The notes beneath the pieces were generated by a model, which was given only the letters and a program-made list of their open reading frames with translations, had not been told where the DNA came from and made no database searches. From contig CAMYLJ010000022.1 in the NCBI GenBank assembly GCA_947259215.1, forward strand, positions 125,238-189,237: DNA of 64,000 nt. The letters run 5' to 3'. The number at the start of each line of letters is the position of its first letter. Position 1 is the stretch's first letter. The position numbers and the translations under genes were made by a program. This document shows positions 18,732 through 28,967 of this stretch, piece by piece. This stretch comes from an uncultured delta proteobacterium. GTDB taxonomy: Bacteria; Myxococcota_A; UBA9160; JAFDET01.

Positions 18732-19091
18732 ATGGAATGGAACGACGCCTGGTACTGGCTCGCGTTCGGCCTGCTGGGGCAGCTTGCGTTCTTTTCGCGC
18801 TTCCTGGTGCAGTGGGTGGCCTCGGAGCGCGCCGGCGAGAGCGTGATTCCGGTGTCGTTCTGGTACCTGAGCCTCGTCGGCTCGCTGGTGCTCCTGGTCT
18901 ACGCGATCCACCGCAAGGAGCCGGTCTTCCTGCTGGCCTACCTGCCCAACGCGTTCGTCTACAGCCGCAACCTGATCCTGATCAAACGCAAGGAAGAGCA
19001 GGCCCAGCGCGAGCGCGTGCTCGAGCGCACACCGGCGGAAGAGCAGAAGCCCGACCCGCCGGCGGTCCGCACCCCCGGCGAGGGCCTCTAG
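18732..19091 (+). CDS. Small 3-TM membrane protein, lipid-A-disaccharide-synthase N-terminal domain (LAB_N) family
   Basis: Internal ATG of ORF 18615..19091, 119 aa. It has FFSRFLVQWVASERAGESVIPVSFWYLSLVGS, which I recall as typical of this family. Confidence 0.7.
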   Translation: MEWNDAWYWLAFGLLGQLAFFSRFLVQWVASERAGESVIPVSFWYLSLVGSLVLLVYAIHRKEPVFLLAYLPNAFVYSRNLILIKRKEEQAQRERVLERTPAEEQKPDPPAVRTPGEGL

Positions 19092-19918
19092 TCGCCCCAG
19101 GCGTCGGGCTCGAAGACCGCGTCGATCCGCTCGGCCCGGCGGCGCAGGATCTCGCGCTGCTCCGGGTGGGTCAGGACGTAGAGCTGGTTCCGCTCCATGG
19201 CGCGCACCACCCGGCGCGCCACGTCGTCGGGCTGGATCACGCCGCCCCGCATGGCCGGCGGCGGGTTCTCGCCCGAGGGCGCCGCCTCCGCCTGGCGCCG
19301 CCGCTCGGGATCCGGATGCTGGCGAAGCGAGTTGGCGTTGATGTCGGTGGCGACGATCATGGGGCAGAGCAGCGAGACGCCGACCCCGCGCTCGCGCAGC
19401 TCCCGCGACAGCGACTCGGTCAGGCCCACCACGGCGAATTTCGAGGCGCAGTACATGCCGAGGAAGCTCATCCCGGTGAGGCCCGCCATGGAGGCGGTGT
19501 TCACCACGTAGCCCCCCTCGCCGTGCTCGAGGATGCGCGGCACGAAGGCCTGCACGCCGTGGAGGACGCCCCAGAAGTTGACCGCCATGGTGTACTCCCA
19601 GTCCGCCGTCGGGGCGCTCCACATCTCGCCCCCGATGGCGACCCCGGCGTTGTTGCACACCACGTGGACCTTGCCGAAGCGGTCCGTCACCTCGCCCGCC
19701 AGGCGCGCGACGTCGTCGCGGTCGCTGACGTCGACCGCGAAGGCCTCCGCCTCGGCGCCGCCCGCCGTGAGCTCCTTGGCGACGACCTCGGCGGCGTTCC
19801 GGTCCACGTCGGCCAAGGCGAGCCGGGCGCCCCGGGCCGCGAAGGCCCGCGCCAGCGCCGAGCCGATGCCGCCGCCGCCGCCCGTCACGACCGCCACCCG
19901 ATCTCGGAAGGGATCCAT
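19088..19918 (-). CDS. Short-chain dehydrogenase/reductase (SDR)
   Basis: It has TGGGGGIGSALA Rossmann and YCASK catalytic motifs. The start is taken at the second Met (MDPFRDRVAVVTGG). Confidence 0.9.
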   Translation of the reverse strand: MDPFRDRVAVVTGGGGGIGSALARAFAARGARLALADVDRNAAEVVAKELTAGGAEAEAFAVDVSDRDDVARLAGEVTDRFGKVHVVCNNAGVAIGGEMWSAPTADWEYTMAVNFWGVLHGVQAFVPRILEHGEGGYVVNTASMAGLTGMSFLGMYCASKFAVVGLTESLSRELRERGVGVSLLCPMIVATDINANSLRQHPDPERRRQAEAAPSGENPPPAMRGGVIQPDDVARRVVRAMERNQLYVLTHPEQREILRRRAERIDAVFEPDAWGD

Positions 19919-20142
19919 GGCAACCTCCCAGCCCACCATATCAGAGCAACTCGCGGCTCAAGACCGCCGAGAGCGACGCCGTCCGGATCGCGACCGCCTT
20001 CGCCCCGCTGCTCGAGCGGATCCGGCTCGCCACGACCCTGCGCGGCGGGCAGCGCGTGTGGCTCGGCGAGACCCCACCCTTCAACGCGGCCCTCCGGCAG
20101 TTTCTACGCCACCGAACTAGCTGATTGTATTTCGCTTTCTGG

Positions 20143-20165
20143 CCGAATTTCGAGGTTGCATTCGG
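20143..20165. promoter_or_regulatory. Candidate TetR operator palindrome
   Basis: ccgaat-N11-attcgg sits in the only AT-rich stretch of the 19919..20168 spacer, immediately upstream of the TetR gene. Confidence 0.3.
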
Positions 20166-20168
20166 TTT

Positions 20169-20819
20169 TTGGCGCAAGCTAGACTGCTGCCCGTGGCGCG
20201 CGCGACGCGACGACCCCAGGCCCGTGGCCTCGCCACCCGGGCCCGTTGCCTGGCCGCGGCGGAGACGCTCTTCACCCGCCGCGGCTTCGGGGAGACGTCC
20301 ATGGCCGACGTCGCGGGGCGGGGCGGGGTGGGGGTCGGCACCCTGTATCACCACTTCCCCGACAAGCGAGCCCTGCTGCTCGAGCTGATCGACGCCTGGG
20401 CCGAGCGGGTGGGGTCGCGGCAGCAGACCGACCTCGACCGCGAGCGCTTCCTGGGCGAAGACCCGCGCGCGGCCATCGGGCAGTGGCTGCGCCGCTCGTA
20501 CGACCGCCTGCGCAAGCGGCCCTCGCTCTACCTGGTGGTGCTGTCCCTGGCCGAGCGCGACCCGGAGGTGCGAGCCCGCTGGGCAGAGCTCCAGCGCCTG
20601 GGCGTGCGGCGCCTGGCCGGGCTGGTGACGTTCGGCCAGCGGCGGGGACTGATGCGCTCCGAGCTCGACGCCGAGGCCACGGCGTTCCTGATCCATCACG
20701 CGATCGACATGACGGCCACCCAGCTGCTGGTGCTCGACCGGCCGCCGCTCGATCCCGATCGCGTGCTCGAGGCCCTGAGCGACATGATCTGTCGCGCGAT
20801 CCTGGAGGAGGGGCGATGA
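20169..20819 (+). CDS. TetR-family transcriptional regulator
   Basis: It has the N-terminal HTH AAAETLFTRRGFGETSMADVAGRGGVGVGTLYHHFPDK. The TTG start at 20169 could instead be the GTG at 20193. Confidence 0.9.
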   Translation: MAQARLLPVARATRRPQARGLATRARCLAAAETLFTRRGFGETSMADVAGRGGVGVGTLYHHFPDKRALLLELIDAWAERVGSRQQTDLDRERFLGEDPRAAIGQWLRRSYDRLRKRPSLYLVVLSLAERDPEVRARWAELQRLGVRRLAGLVTFGQRRGLMRSELDAEATAFLIHHAIDMTATQLLVLDRPPLDPDRVLEALSDMICRAILEEGR

Positions 20820-21889
20820 CCCGCGGCACCGGATCCAGCGAGGTCCTGAAGACGCCGATGGAGATCTGCTGGCAGTTCGACTACGCGATCGAGATCGAGA
20901 AGCTGCGCAACCTCTACACCAAGGCCAAGCGCGCGCAGTGGGACGCCGACCAGCGCGTGAACTGGGAGCTGGAGGTGGACCCCTCGAAGCCGATCGTCGA
21001 CGAGGGGAGCTTCGGCTTCGACCGCATCCCGTTCATGCAGACGCTCTCCCGGCGCCAGCGCGAGGCCTTCAGCGCGGGCGTGGCCGCGCAACGGCTCTCC
21101 CAGTTCCTGCACGGCGAGCAGGGCGCGCTGATGACCGCGGCGGCGCTCACCCACGCGGTCCCGGATTACGAGGCCAAGCTCTACGCCGCCACCCAGACCA
21201 TGGACGAGGCGCGGCACGTCGAGGTGTTCGAGCGCTACGTGCGCAAGCTCGCCCGCGTCTATCCCATCACGCCGGGACTGAAGATCCTGATCGACGCCGC
21301 GCTCACCTCGGACCACTGGGTGAAGATCGCCATCGGCATGAACATGGTGATCGAGGGGCTGGCGCTCGGCGCCTTCCACAACATGCGCCGCGTCACGAAC
21401 GACGTCCTGCTCGGCCAGATCCTGGAGGGCGTCCTCCAGGACGAGTCGCGCCACGTGGCCTTCGGCAACGTCTACGTGGGCGAGACCATCGCCGGCATGC
21501 ACCCCGACGAGCGCGAGGACGTGGCCCAGTTCGCCTTCGAGGCGCTCTCGTCCATGATGCAGGCCACCGGCGGGCCGGACGGCGACCGGCGCCCCATGCC
21601 GGACCCGGGCTTCCGCCAGGTGCTGGTCGACGCGGAGATCGACCCCGGCGACTTCGTGCAGGGGCTGAAGTCGGCGCGCGCCGAGGGCATCCGCCCCGCC
21701 ATGCCGCCGGGCGCCATCCACTCCTTCCGCGACCTGATGATGCCGGCCCTGGTGCGGGTCGGGGCCGTGACCGATCGCAGCCGCGAGCTGTATCGCGAGG
21801 CCGGGATCCCGGTCTACGAGGACACCGCGACCCTGGAGTCCCTGGAGGACGCCGACACCGGTGCCCCGGATCTCGAGCGCGCATCGTAG
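20816..21889 (+). CDS. Ferritin-like di-iron carboxylate oxygenase (AurF/R2-like superfamily)
   Basis: It has an ATGA overlap with tetR. The four ligand helices are HGEQGA, MDEARHVE (ExxH), VIEGLA and QDESRHVAF (ExxH). Confidence 0.8.
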   Translation: MTRGTGSSEVLKTPMEICWQFDYAIEIEKLRNLYTKAKRAQWDADQRVNWELEVDPSKPIVDEGSFGFDRIPFMQTLSRRQREAFSAGVAAQRLSQFLHGEQGALMTAAALTHAVPDYEAKLYAATQTMDEARHVEVFERYVRKLARVYPITPGLKILIDAALTSDHWVKIAIGMNMVIEGLALGAFHNMRRVTNDVLLGQILEGVLQDESRHVAFGNVYVGETIAGMHPDEREDVAQFAFEALSSMMQATGGPDGDRRPMPDPGFRQVLVDAEIDPGDFVQGLKSARAEGIRPAMPPGAIHSFRDLMMPALVRVGAVTDRSRELYREAGIPVYEDTATLESLEDADTGAPDLERAS

Positions 21890-23264
21890 ACGCGCGGCCC
21901 TGATCGCGGCACTCGGCGCGGCCGGGCTCGCGTGCGGCGAGCCGGCGCCCCCCGACGTGGTCGTCTTCCTGATCGACACCTTGCGTGCGGACCGGATCGG
22001 CGCCTACGGCCACGACGCCGGCACCACCCCGCGCATCGACGCCCTCGCCCGGGAGTCGCTGGTCTTCGAGCAGGCGTCGGCGCCCGCGCCCTGGACCCTG
22101 CCGTCCACCGTGTCGCTCCTCACCTCGCGCCTTCCCTGCGAGCACCGGGTCCTAGTGGACGGCGACCGGGTTCCCCCGGACCTGCCGACCCTGGCCGAGC
22201 GGCTGCGTGACGCCGGCTACTACACCGCCAGCTTCTACAGCAACGCCTACGCCGGTCCCATGACCGGGCTCGAGCGCGGATTCGCGACCGCCAACGCACT
22301 CGCCCTCCGCGACGGCGAGATGCTGAAAGACTGGCTGGCCAGCGTGGGAACGCAGCCCTTCTTCCTCTACGTCCACGATGTCGAGCCCCACGATCCCTAC
22401 CAGGCGCCGAGCTCCGAGAGCCGTGCCGTTCGCAAACGCACGAACGTGCTGCTCGGGAGCCACCGACAGCTGTCGCGGATCGACTGGTCCGCGGGGCGTC
22501 CGCCCGGAACCACCGATGTCTACGCGCGCCAGCAGCAGGTCGCCCGCGCGCTCGACGGACTCCGGGACGCTGCGGAGCGGCTCTACGACGCGGACGTGAG
22601 GCTGGCCGACGAGCGCCTGGGGCAGGTCGTGGACGCCCTGTCTGCCCGGGGGCGCTGGCGGAACACGCTCTTCGTGCTGGTCTCGGATCACGGCGAGGAA
22701 TTCGGCGAGCGCGGAGGCTGGCAGCACGACCATTCACTGTACGAGGAGCTCGTACGCGTGCCCCTGTTGCTGCGGCTGCCCGGGGGCGCAGGGGGGGGCC
22801 GACGCATCGCTGCACCGGTCTCGCTGCTGGACGTGCTGCCGACCGTGCTCGACCTGGTCGGCCGGCCGGAGCTGGCTTCCGACGCGCGCGGCCGGAGCCT
22901 GCTGCCTCTGGCGCAGGGAGAGGAGCTCCCGGCGGGGCTGCGGGTCGTGTCGCAGCGGGTGAACCGCAAGAAGTACTACCGACCCGACAAGCAGGCGCGC
23001 GGCGACCTGAACGTGGCGCTGCGCCACGGGCGCTGGAAGGGCATCTGGAACGCCGAGCCCGATACCTTCGAGCTCTACGACCTAGCCGCGGATCCGAACG
23101 AGCGCAGCGATCTCGCCGCGCGTCATCCCGAACGCGTGGCCGCCTGGCGCGCCGCCGGCGCCCGTAGCGCCGAGAACTGCGTCCCGGCCGGCGCGCCCGC
23201 GGCGCCGCCCGCCCTGGACGAGGCCACCCGCGAAGGCCTGCGCGCCCTGGGCTACGTGGACTGA
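21861..23264 (+). CDS. Sulfatase-like hydrolase/transferase lipoprotein (alkaline-phosphatase superfamily)
   Basis: It has a lipobox (AALGAAGLAC), FLIDTLRADR, and the nucleophile region APAPWTLPSTVSLLTS (Thr/Ser rather than the Cys-x-Pro-x-Arg formylglycine motif), plus VSDHGEEFGE. Confidence 0.85.
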   Translation: MPRISSAHRRRAALIAALGAAGLACGEPAPPDVVVFLIDTLRADRIGAYGHDAGTTPRIDALARESLVFEQASAPAPWTLPSTVSLLTSRLPCEHRVLVDGDRVPPDLPTLAERLRDAGYYTASFYSNAYAGPMTGLERGFATANALALRDGEMLKDWLASVGTQPFFLYVHDVEPHDPYQAPSSESRAVRKRTNVLLGSHRQLSRIDWSAGRPPGTTDVYARQQQVARALDGLRDAAERLYDADVRLADERLGQVVDALSARGRWRNTLFVLVSDHGEEFGERGGWQHDHSLYEELVRVPLLLRLPGGAGGGRRIAAPVSLLDVLPTVLDLVGRPELASDARGRSLLPLAQGEELPAGLRVVSQRVNRKKYYRPDKQARGDLNVALRHGRWKGIWNAEPDTFELYDLAADPNERSDLAARHPERVAAWRAAGARSAENCVPAGAPAAPPALDEATREGLRALGYVD

Positions 23265-23680
23265 GCGAAGCCGCGCCGGCCGAGGCCGTCGAGCGCACGC
23301 CGGAAGCTCGACGTGATGAAGCGCTGGAGGAGCGCGCCGGTCAGCGGAATCCGCGGCTCGAAGCGGCAGCGCCAGACCACCAGCGTGCCCTCGCCGTCGG
23401 GCTCGAAGGTCACCTCGCCCAGGTGGTCTACCACTGGGAAAGGACCTCCGATCACCGAGTAGGTCATGCGCTTCGGAGGCTCGAAGTCGATCACCTCCTC
23501 GCGCACCCCGCCGGTGAAGGAGCGCACGGCCCCACTGCCGTTGGGGTCCTCGGCCCCGGGGGTCACGAGCTTCGAGCCGGGGAATCCGGACCACTCGCTC
23601 CAGCGGGCGTGGTCCACGTAGACGTCCCAGACCGCCTGGGGCGTTGCGGCGTAGCGACGACGGACCTCGACGTGCTGCAT
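23252..23680 (-). CDS. SRPBCC-superfamily protein (polyketide cyclase/START-like)
   Basis: 142 aa. Its size and pattern (AATPQAVWDVYVDHARWSEW ... GTLVVWRCRFEP) are typical of SRPBCC ligand-binding proteins. Confidence 0.75.
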   Translation of the reverse strand: MQHVEVRRRYAATPQAVWDVYVDHARWSEWSGFPGSKLVTPGAEDPNGSGAVRSFTGGVREEVIDFEPPKRMTYSVIGGPFPVVDHLGEVTFEPDGEGTLVVWRCRFEPRIPLTGALLQRFITSSFRRALDGLGRRGFAQST

Positions 23681-23691
23681 GACTCCTCCAG

Positions 23692-24143
23692 CTAGCGATC
23701 CAAGAATAGCCCGATCGCCCGCTCCACCAGCGCGGCGGCCACCCAGGACGCCGGCGGCAGCAGCAGGTAGAACGCGAAGCGCCCCAGCAGGCCGGCGTCG
23801 AAGGGTCCAGCGCCTCGAACTCCCCGGGCGACACCCGCAGCCGGGGCCTGACCGCAGCCAGATCCATCCGCGTGCGGCGCACGAGGTAGGTGAAGACCGC
23901 CGGGGCGTAGCCCCAGATGACGCACACGAAGAACGGAATCCGCCACTCGAAGGGCCGCCGCTGGTAGGAGATGGGTCCAGCCAGCGCCGCCACCACCCAG
24001 GTCACGCCGCCGAGCGCGAGCACCACCCCGAGCCCGACCTGCCACTCGGGCCGACCCGTGGCCCGGATCCAGCGCTCGGGCGGGAACGGGACGCTGATGT
24101 CGGCGGGCGCCGGTACCGCCTCCGCTGCCGCCTGCCCGCTCAT
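23692..24143 (-). pseudogene. Small 3-TM membrane protein interrupted by a 1-nt frameshift
   Basis: The N-terminal 112 codons (MSGQAAAE...PGEFEALD, two TM helices) are in the frame of ORF 23082..24806. The C-terminal 38 codons (PFDAGLLGRFAFYLLLPPASWVAAALVERAIGLFLDR-stop) are in the frame of ORF 23692..24045. The frames meet at ~23803..23807 in a C-run. The span is 452 nt, not a multiple of 3. Confidence 0.55.
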
Positions 24144-24925
24144 GCGTAGACCGGCTCCTGGGCCAGCTCCAGCGGGAACGCTTCCAGCCCGCGGGAGCGG
24201 CGCACGAGCGCGCCGAGCTGCGTCGGAAGCGCGTTGCAGTAGGCGATGAAGCCAGGCAGGGTGGCGAAGGTGCGCTCGGCGGCCGCGAAGGCGGGATCGT
24301 CGCGCAGCGTCTGCTCGTCCCGCACGATCGGCGCTGCCCCCGGATCGGCGCGATAGCGACGGACGTACTCCAGCAGCCGCGCGTGATAGCCCGGCTCCTC
24401 CACGATGGCCGCGATGGTGCGCGCCCGCGGATGCGTCCCGTCCACCATCTGCTCCACCTGGTGCTCGAACTCGTCGAGCCCGCCCGGGAACATCTGGATC
24501 AGCTGGAGATCGTAGATCGGGTTCAGGTGTACCACCTGCATCACGTGCCCGATGATGGTGTCCCGGTCCGACAGGAAGCCCGTCGGGTCGATCATCGAGA
24601 CCGGGTCGTCGAGGACGCGCAGCAGCTGGTGCAGGCCGAAGCCGATGCCGCGCTGCGCGTAGTAGTCGCGGGCCGCCGGCGTGATTACGAAGCGGAACAT
24701 GTCGAGGCTGCCGAAGAGCAGCTGGAGGCGGCCCGGCCGGCGGTCGATGTAGCCACGCTCCTCGAGGCTGCGCAGGCGGCAATCGATCTTGGCGCCGTCG
24801 AGCCACAGACGCAGGGTGCGCCCGACGCGCCGCAGTTTGCCGGCGATCTCGTGCGGGCCGCCGAGGGCGGTGCGGATGAGCGTCCCCTTCGACGCCGTCT
24901 GTCGAAGGCTGCGCTGCTCGGTCAC
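24140..24925 (-). CDS. Hypothetical protein (261 aa), no recognised family
   Basis: The ORF has coding-like composition. Its stop overlaps the next start (ATGA), and it sits inside the ACAD/VOC operon. Confidence 0.6.
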   Translation of the reverse strand: MTEQRSLRQTASKGTLIRTALGGPHEIAGKLRRVGRTLRLWLDGAKIDCRLRSLEERGYIDRRPGRLQLLFGSLDMFRFVITPAARDYYAQRGIGFGLHQLLRVLDDPVSMIDPTGFLSDRDTIIGHVMQVVHLNPIYDLQLIQMFPGGLDEFEHQVEQMVDGTHPRARTIAAIVEEPGYHARLLEYVRRYRADPGAAPIVRDEQTLRDDPAFAAAERTFATLPGFIAYCNALPTQLGALVRRSRGLEAFPLELAQEPVYA

Positions 24926-24935
24926 CGCAGCGCTC

Positions 24936-25412
24936 CTATCCCGCCAGCGTGCGGAAGGCCTCGATCACCTCGGGCGGCGCCTGCACCAGCTCGATCAGCA
25001 CCCCCTCGCCGCCCACGGGCGAATCGGCGTTGCCCTTGGGATGGATGAAGCAGACGTCATGGCCCGCCGCGCCCTTGCGGATGCCACCGGGCGTGAAGCG
25101 CACGCCCTTGCCTTCGAGCCACGCCACCGCAGCGGCAAGATCGTCGATCCACAGCCCCACGTGGTTCAGGGCCGGCTCGTGCACCTTCGGTCGCTGCTCG
25201 GGATCGATGGGCTGCATCAGATCCACCTCCACCCGGAAGGGACCGGCGCCCGCCAGCGCGATGTCCTCGTCCACGTTCTCGGACTCGCTCTTGAAGTTGC
25301 CGTGGGCCTCGAGGCCCAGCAGGTCCACCCACAGGCTGCGCAGGCGCCCCTTGTCGAGGGCGCCCACGGCGATCTGCTGGAGCCCGAGCACGCGGAAGGG
25401 TCGCTCGCTCAC
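24936..25412 (-). CDS. VOC/glyoxalase-fold protein (methylmalonyl-CoA epimerase-like)
   Basis: The GTG at 25412 overlaps the upstream ACAD stop (GTGA). 158 aa. [11 protein letters not shown] and VCFIHPKG resemble the epimerase/glyoxalase fold. Confidence 0.8.
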   Translation of the reverse strand: MSERPFRVLGLQQIAVGALDKGRLRSLWVDLLGLEAHGNFKSESENVDEDIALAGAGPFRVEVDLMQPIDPEQRPKVHEPALNHVGLWIDDLAAAVAWLEGKGVRFTPGGIRKGAAGHDVCFIHPKGNADSPVGGEGVLIELVQAPPEVIEAFRTLAG

Positions 25413-26494
25413 GCCGCCCAGCCTCCCAGCGCCGCGGCGCGCTCGCGATGCAGCGCGGGCTGGCCCAGGAAGGCGCGATCGAACATGGCGCGCTTGAACC
25501 AGAACTGCACGTCGCACTCCCAGGTGAAGCCGATCCCGCCGTGGATCTCGACGCTGTCGCGGGCCGCCTGCATGAAGCGATCGGTCAGATGCGCCTTGGC
25601 GACCGCGCTGGCGCGTTCCGACTCGTCGGGCAGTGCGTCCCAGGCGTAGGCCGCGTACCAGTAGAGGCCCCGGGCGGGCTCCACCTCGACGGCCATGTCC
25701 GCCAGCTTGTGCTTGACCGCCTGGAAGTGGCCGATGGTGACGCCGAACTGCTCGCGGGTGCCGGCGTACTCGACCGCCATGGCCAGCAGGCGTGAGGCGC
25801 CGCCGAAGGCGTCGGCGGCCAACAGCGCCAGACCCGCGTCGCGCACCCGGCGCGCGGCGCGCGCGCCGTCGGCGAGGCGTTCGCAGGGAGCGCTCTCCAG
25901 CACGACCGCGTCGAGGCGGCGGGTGCGGTCCACGCTCTCGATCGGCTCGACCGTCACGCCCGCCGCGCCGCACTCCACCAGCACCAGCTCGCCCCCGGCC
26001 ACGCCCACCACCAGCAGGTCGGCTCCCGCGGCGGCAGGCGACCAGGTCTTCGTCCCGCTCACCATGTCGCCGTCGAGGCTCGGAGTCCATTCGTCGGGCT
26101 CCCAGGAGCCGCTCGCCTCGCCGAGTGCCACGCTGCCGAGGGCCTCGCCGCTCGCCAGCCGGGGCAGCCAGCGACGCTGCTGGGCCTCGCTCCCGCCCTC
26201 GAGCAGGGCCACCGTCGCCAGGGCGTGACCCAGGAACGGGCCCGGGAAGGCGCCGCGCCCCAGCACCTCCGCCACCAGCGCCAGGTCCACCATCCCGAGC
26301 CCGGCGCCGCCGTGCTCCTCGGGCACCAGCAGGCCGGCGATCCCGAGCTCGCAGAGACCGGCCCAGACCTTGGCGTCGTACGGCTCGTCGGCGTCGAAGA
26401 TGTCGCGCACCCGCGTCACCGGGCACTCGCCCTCCAGGAACTGGGCGACGGTCTGTTGCAGGATCTCCTGCTCTTCCGAGAGTCCGAAGTCCAT
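25409..26494 (-). CDS. Acyl-CoA dehydrogenase family protein (short, 361 aa)
   Basis: It has the ACAD N-terminal pattern ([16 protein letters not shown]...[16 protein letters not shown]) and C-terminal HGGIGFTWE. It is paired with the upstream ACAD. Confidence 0.85.
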   Translation of the reverse strand: MDFGLSEEQEILQQTVAQFLEGECPVTRVRDIFDADEPYDAKVWAGLCELGIAGLLVPEEHGGAGLGMVDLALVAEVLGRGAFPGPFLGHALATVALLEGGSEAQQRRWLPRLASGEALGSVALGEASGSWEPDEWTPSLDGDMVSGTKTWSPAAAGADLLVVGVAGGELVLVECGAAGVTVEPIESVDRTRRLDAVVLESAPCERLADGARAARRVRDAGLALLAADAFGGASRLLAMAVEYAGTREQFGVTIGHFQAVKHKLADMAVEVEPARGLYWYAAYAWDALPDESERASAVAKAHLTDRFMQAARDSVEIHGGIGFTWECDVQFWFKRAMFDRAFLGQPALHRERAAALGGWAA

Positions 26495-26503
26495 ACCCGC
26501 CCC

Positions 26504-27700
26504 CTACTTGCTCGACTGCGCCGCGGCGTCCCGGGGCAGCCCGTAGCCGCGCTCGGCGATCACGTTGCGCTGGATGTTGGCGGTGCCTCCGGCGATGGCG
26601 ATGCCGAGGGACCACATGTACTGGCTGACCCAGCCCGAGGTGTCCCGCAGGCCCTGGAACATGCCCCGGGCGCTGCCGTCGGGCGCCGCCAGCGAGCCGT
26701 CGCCGACGAGATCCAGCGAGAGCTTCGCCACCATGCCCTGGATGTTGGTGGAGACGAGCTTGTTCATCAGCGACACCGGCCCGGGATCCTCGCCGCGGGC
26801 GGCGCAGGTGAGCTGCCGGTAGCCCGAGTACTCGTGCGCGGCGATGTAGCCCTCGAGCTCCGCCAGGCGCTGGCGGACCGCCGGGTCGTCGAGGCGCCCC
26901 ATCTGCTTCGCCAGCCGCACCAGCCCCTTGAAGATGAACTTCGTCTGGCGCGCGTCGCCGATCATGTTGCGCTCGTGCTCGAGGGTCGAGCGCGAGACGA
27001 TCCAGCCCTCGCCGCGCTTGCCGACGATGTGGTCCGCCGGCGTGCGCGCATCGGTCAGGAAGACCTCGTTGAAGTCCGCTCCGCCGTTCAGCTGCCGCAG
27101 CGGCTTCACTTCGATCCCGGGCTGCTTCATGTCGATCAGCAGATAGGAGATGCCCGCGTGCTTCGACTGCTCCGGCTCGGTGCGGCAGAGGCAGAACATG
27201 AAGTCCGAGATCTGCGCGCCGGTGGTCCAGATCTTCTGGCCGTTGATCCGCCACTCGTCGCCCTGGAGCTCGGCGCGCGTCTTCAGCGACGCCAGGTCGC
27301 TGCCGCTGCCGGGCTCGCTGTAGCCCTGGCACCAGTGCATCTCGCCCTTGATGGTGGGCGGGATGAAGCGCTCCTTCTGCCACTCGGCCCCGTGCTCGAG
27401 CAGGGTCGGCACCAGCATGGAGGGGCCGATGCCGCGCATCTCGCCCGGCGCGCGCGCCCGCGCGAACTCTTCGCCGATGATGGTGGCCTTGAGCACGTCC
27501 GGATCCTGCTGCGAGCCGCCGTAGCTGCGCGGGATCGCGCGGGCCAGGTAGCCCTGCTCGATCGCGCGCTGGCGGAAGAGCGCCGCCTGCTCCACGGCGG
27601 GGAGCTCCGCCTCGTCGCCCTGAAGGGGCCAGCTCGACGCCAGGAAGCTCCGCACCTCGCCGCGGAACGCCTCGTACTCCTCGCTGTAGCGGAGATCCAT
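26504..27700 (-). CDS. Acyl-CoA dehydrogenase family protein (398 aa)
   Basis: It has [29 protein letters not shown] and [14 protein letters not shown]. It is a paralog of the ACAD at 59126..60346. Confidence 0.9.
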   Translation of the reverse strand: MDLRYSEEYEAFRGEVRSFLASSWPLQGDEAELPAVEQAALFRQRAIEQGYLARAIPRSYGGSQQDPDVLKATIIGEEFARARAPGEMRGIGPSMLVPTLLEHGAEWQKERFIPPTIKGEMHWCQGYSEPGSGSDLASLKTRAELQGDEWRINGQKIWTTGAQISDFMFCLCRTEPEQSKHAGISYLLIDMKQPGIEVKPLRQLNGGADFNEVFLTDARTPADHIVGKRGEGWIVSRSTLEHERNMIGDARQTKFIFKGLVRLAKQMGRLDDPAVRQRLAELEGYIAAHEYSGYRQLTCAARGEDPGPVSLMNKLVSTNIQGMVAKLSLDLVGDGSLAAPDGSARGMFQGLRDTSGWVSQYMWSLGIAIAGGTANIQRNVIAERGYGLPRDAAAQSSK

Positions 27701-27736
27701 GGGGGGTTTCCTCGCTCGACCGCGCCGCGCCCGAGT

Positions 27737-28960
27737 CTAGCGGACCTCCGCGGAACGCGGCGTCTCCCCGGCGATCCGCTCCGCCTCGGCGAAGACGCGC
27801 AGCAGGTTGCCGCCCAGCAGCTTGCGGAGGTCCGCGTCGGACCAGCCGCGGCGGGCGAGCTCCAGGGTGAGGTTCGGGAGCTGATCCACGTCGTGGAGCT
27901 CCTCGGGCAGGAAGAGGGTGCCGTCGAAGTCGGAGCCCAGGCCCACGTGGTCCACGCCCGCGACATGGGCCACGTGCTCCACGTGGTCCGCCAGCATGGC
28001 GAGGGTGGTGGGGAGCGAGAAGCCGTGTCTCAGCCAGTTCGCCGCGAGATTCAGGTACCCCACCTTGCGCGGGTCGAGGAAGACGCCGCCGAAGTTCAGC
28101 ATCACCACCCCGCCGTTCGCCGCCACGGCGCGCAGCATGTCGTCGTCGAGGTTGCGGGTGTTGGGCGCCAGCGCGCGGGCCGAGGAGTGCGAGGCGATGA
28201 CCGGCGCGCGGGTGACCGCCAGGGTGTCCCAGAACGTCGGGTCGGACGCGTGCGAGACGTCGACGAGCATGCCCAGCTGGTTCATGCGGCGCACCACCTG
28301 GCGGCCGAAATCCGTGAGGCCGCGGTCCTGGCCGTCGTCCCCCTCGGAGCCGGCCCAGCCGTGGCTGAAGCTCCAGGTGAGGGTCATGTAGCGGGCGCCC
28401 AGTGCGTGGTAGCGATCCAGGGTCGCGAGGTCGTCCTCGATGGCGTGCCCGCCTTCCACGCCCAGCAGCACGGCCAGCTTGTCCTCGCCCGCGGCGCTGA
28501 GCACCTCCTCCACCGACGTGGCGAGCGCCAGCTCGTCGGGATGGCGGCGCACTTGCTCCCGGACCGCCTCGATCATCGCCAGAGCGCGCCGGGTGGCCAG
28601 GCCGGGGCGCTCTGGATCGTAGTAGCGCGGCGCCACCCAGATCGAGAAGAACTCGGCGTCGAGACCACCCGCCCGCATCCGCGCGAGATCCGTATCCGTT
28701 CGCAGCGCCTCCGGCGCCGGGCGGAAGGGCAGCCAGGGCAGCGCGAACCAGGGCCAGTAGCCGCGCCCGTCGGGGCGACCGCCGTCCATCCCGAGGTCGA
28801 AGCCGAAGTCGAGGATCAGGGTGGAGACGTCGTTGTGTCCGTCCACCACGATGGCTTCCTGGTGGAGCGCGCGGGCGCGGGCCTCGGGGTCCGCCGCCGC
28901 CGGCGCGGCGAGCAGCGCGATCCCGACGCCGACGAGGAGCGGCGCGGCTCGCGTGGGCAT
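27737..28960 (-). CDS. Membrane dipeptidase (peptidase M19)
   Basis: The start is at the internal ATG with a signal-like segment ([23 protein letters not shown]). It has [32 protein letters not shown] and GLGSDFDG. Confidence 0.88.
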   Translation of the reverse strand: MPTRAAPLLVGVGIALLAAPAAADPEARARALHQEAIVVDGHNDVSTLILDFGFDLGMDGGRPDGRGYWPWFALPWLPFRPAPEALRTDTDLARMRAGGLDAEFFSIWVAPRYYDPERPGLATRRALAMIEAVREQVRRHPDELALATSVEEVLSAAGEDKLAVLLGVEGGHAIEDDLATLDRYHALGARYMTLTWSFSHGWAGSEGDDGQDRGLTDFGRQVVRRMNQLGMLVDVSHASDPTFWDTLAVTRAPVIASHSSARALAPNTRNLDDDMLRAVAANGGVVMLNFGGVFLDPRKVGYLNLAANWLRHGFSLPTTLAMLADHVEHVAHVAGVDHVGLGSDFDGTLFLPEELHDVDQLPNLTLELARRGWSDADLRKLLGGNLLRVFAEAERIAGETPRSAEVR

Positions 28961-28967
28961 CGGATCG

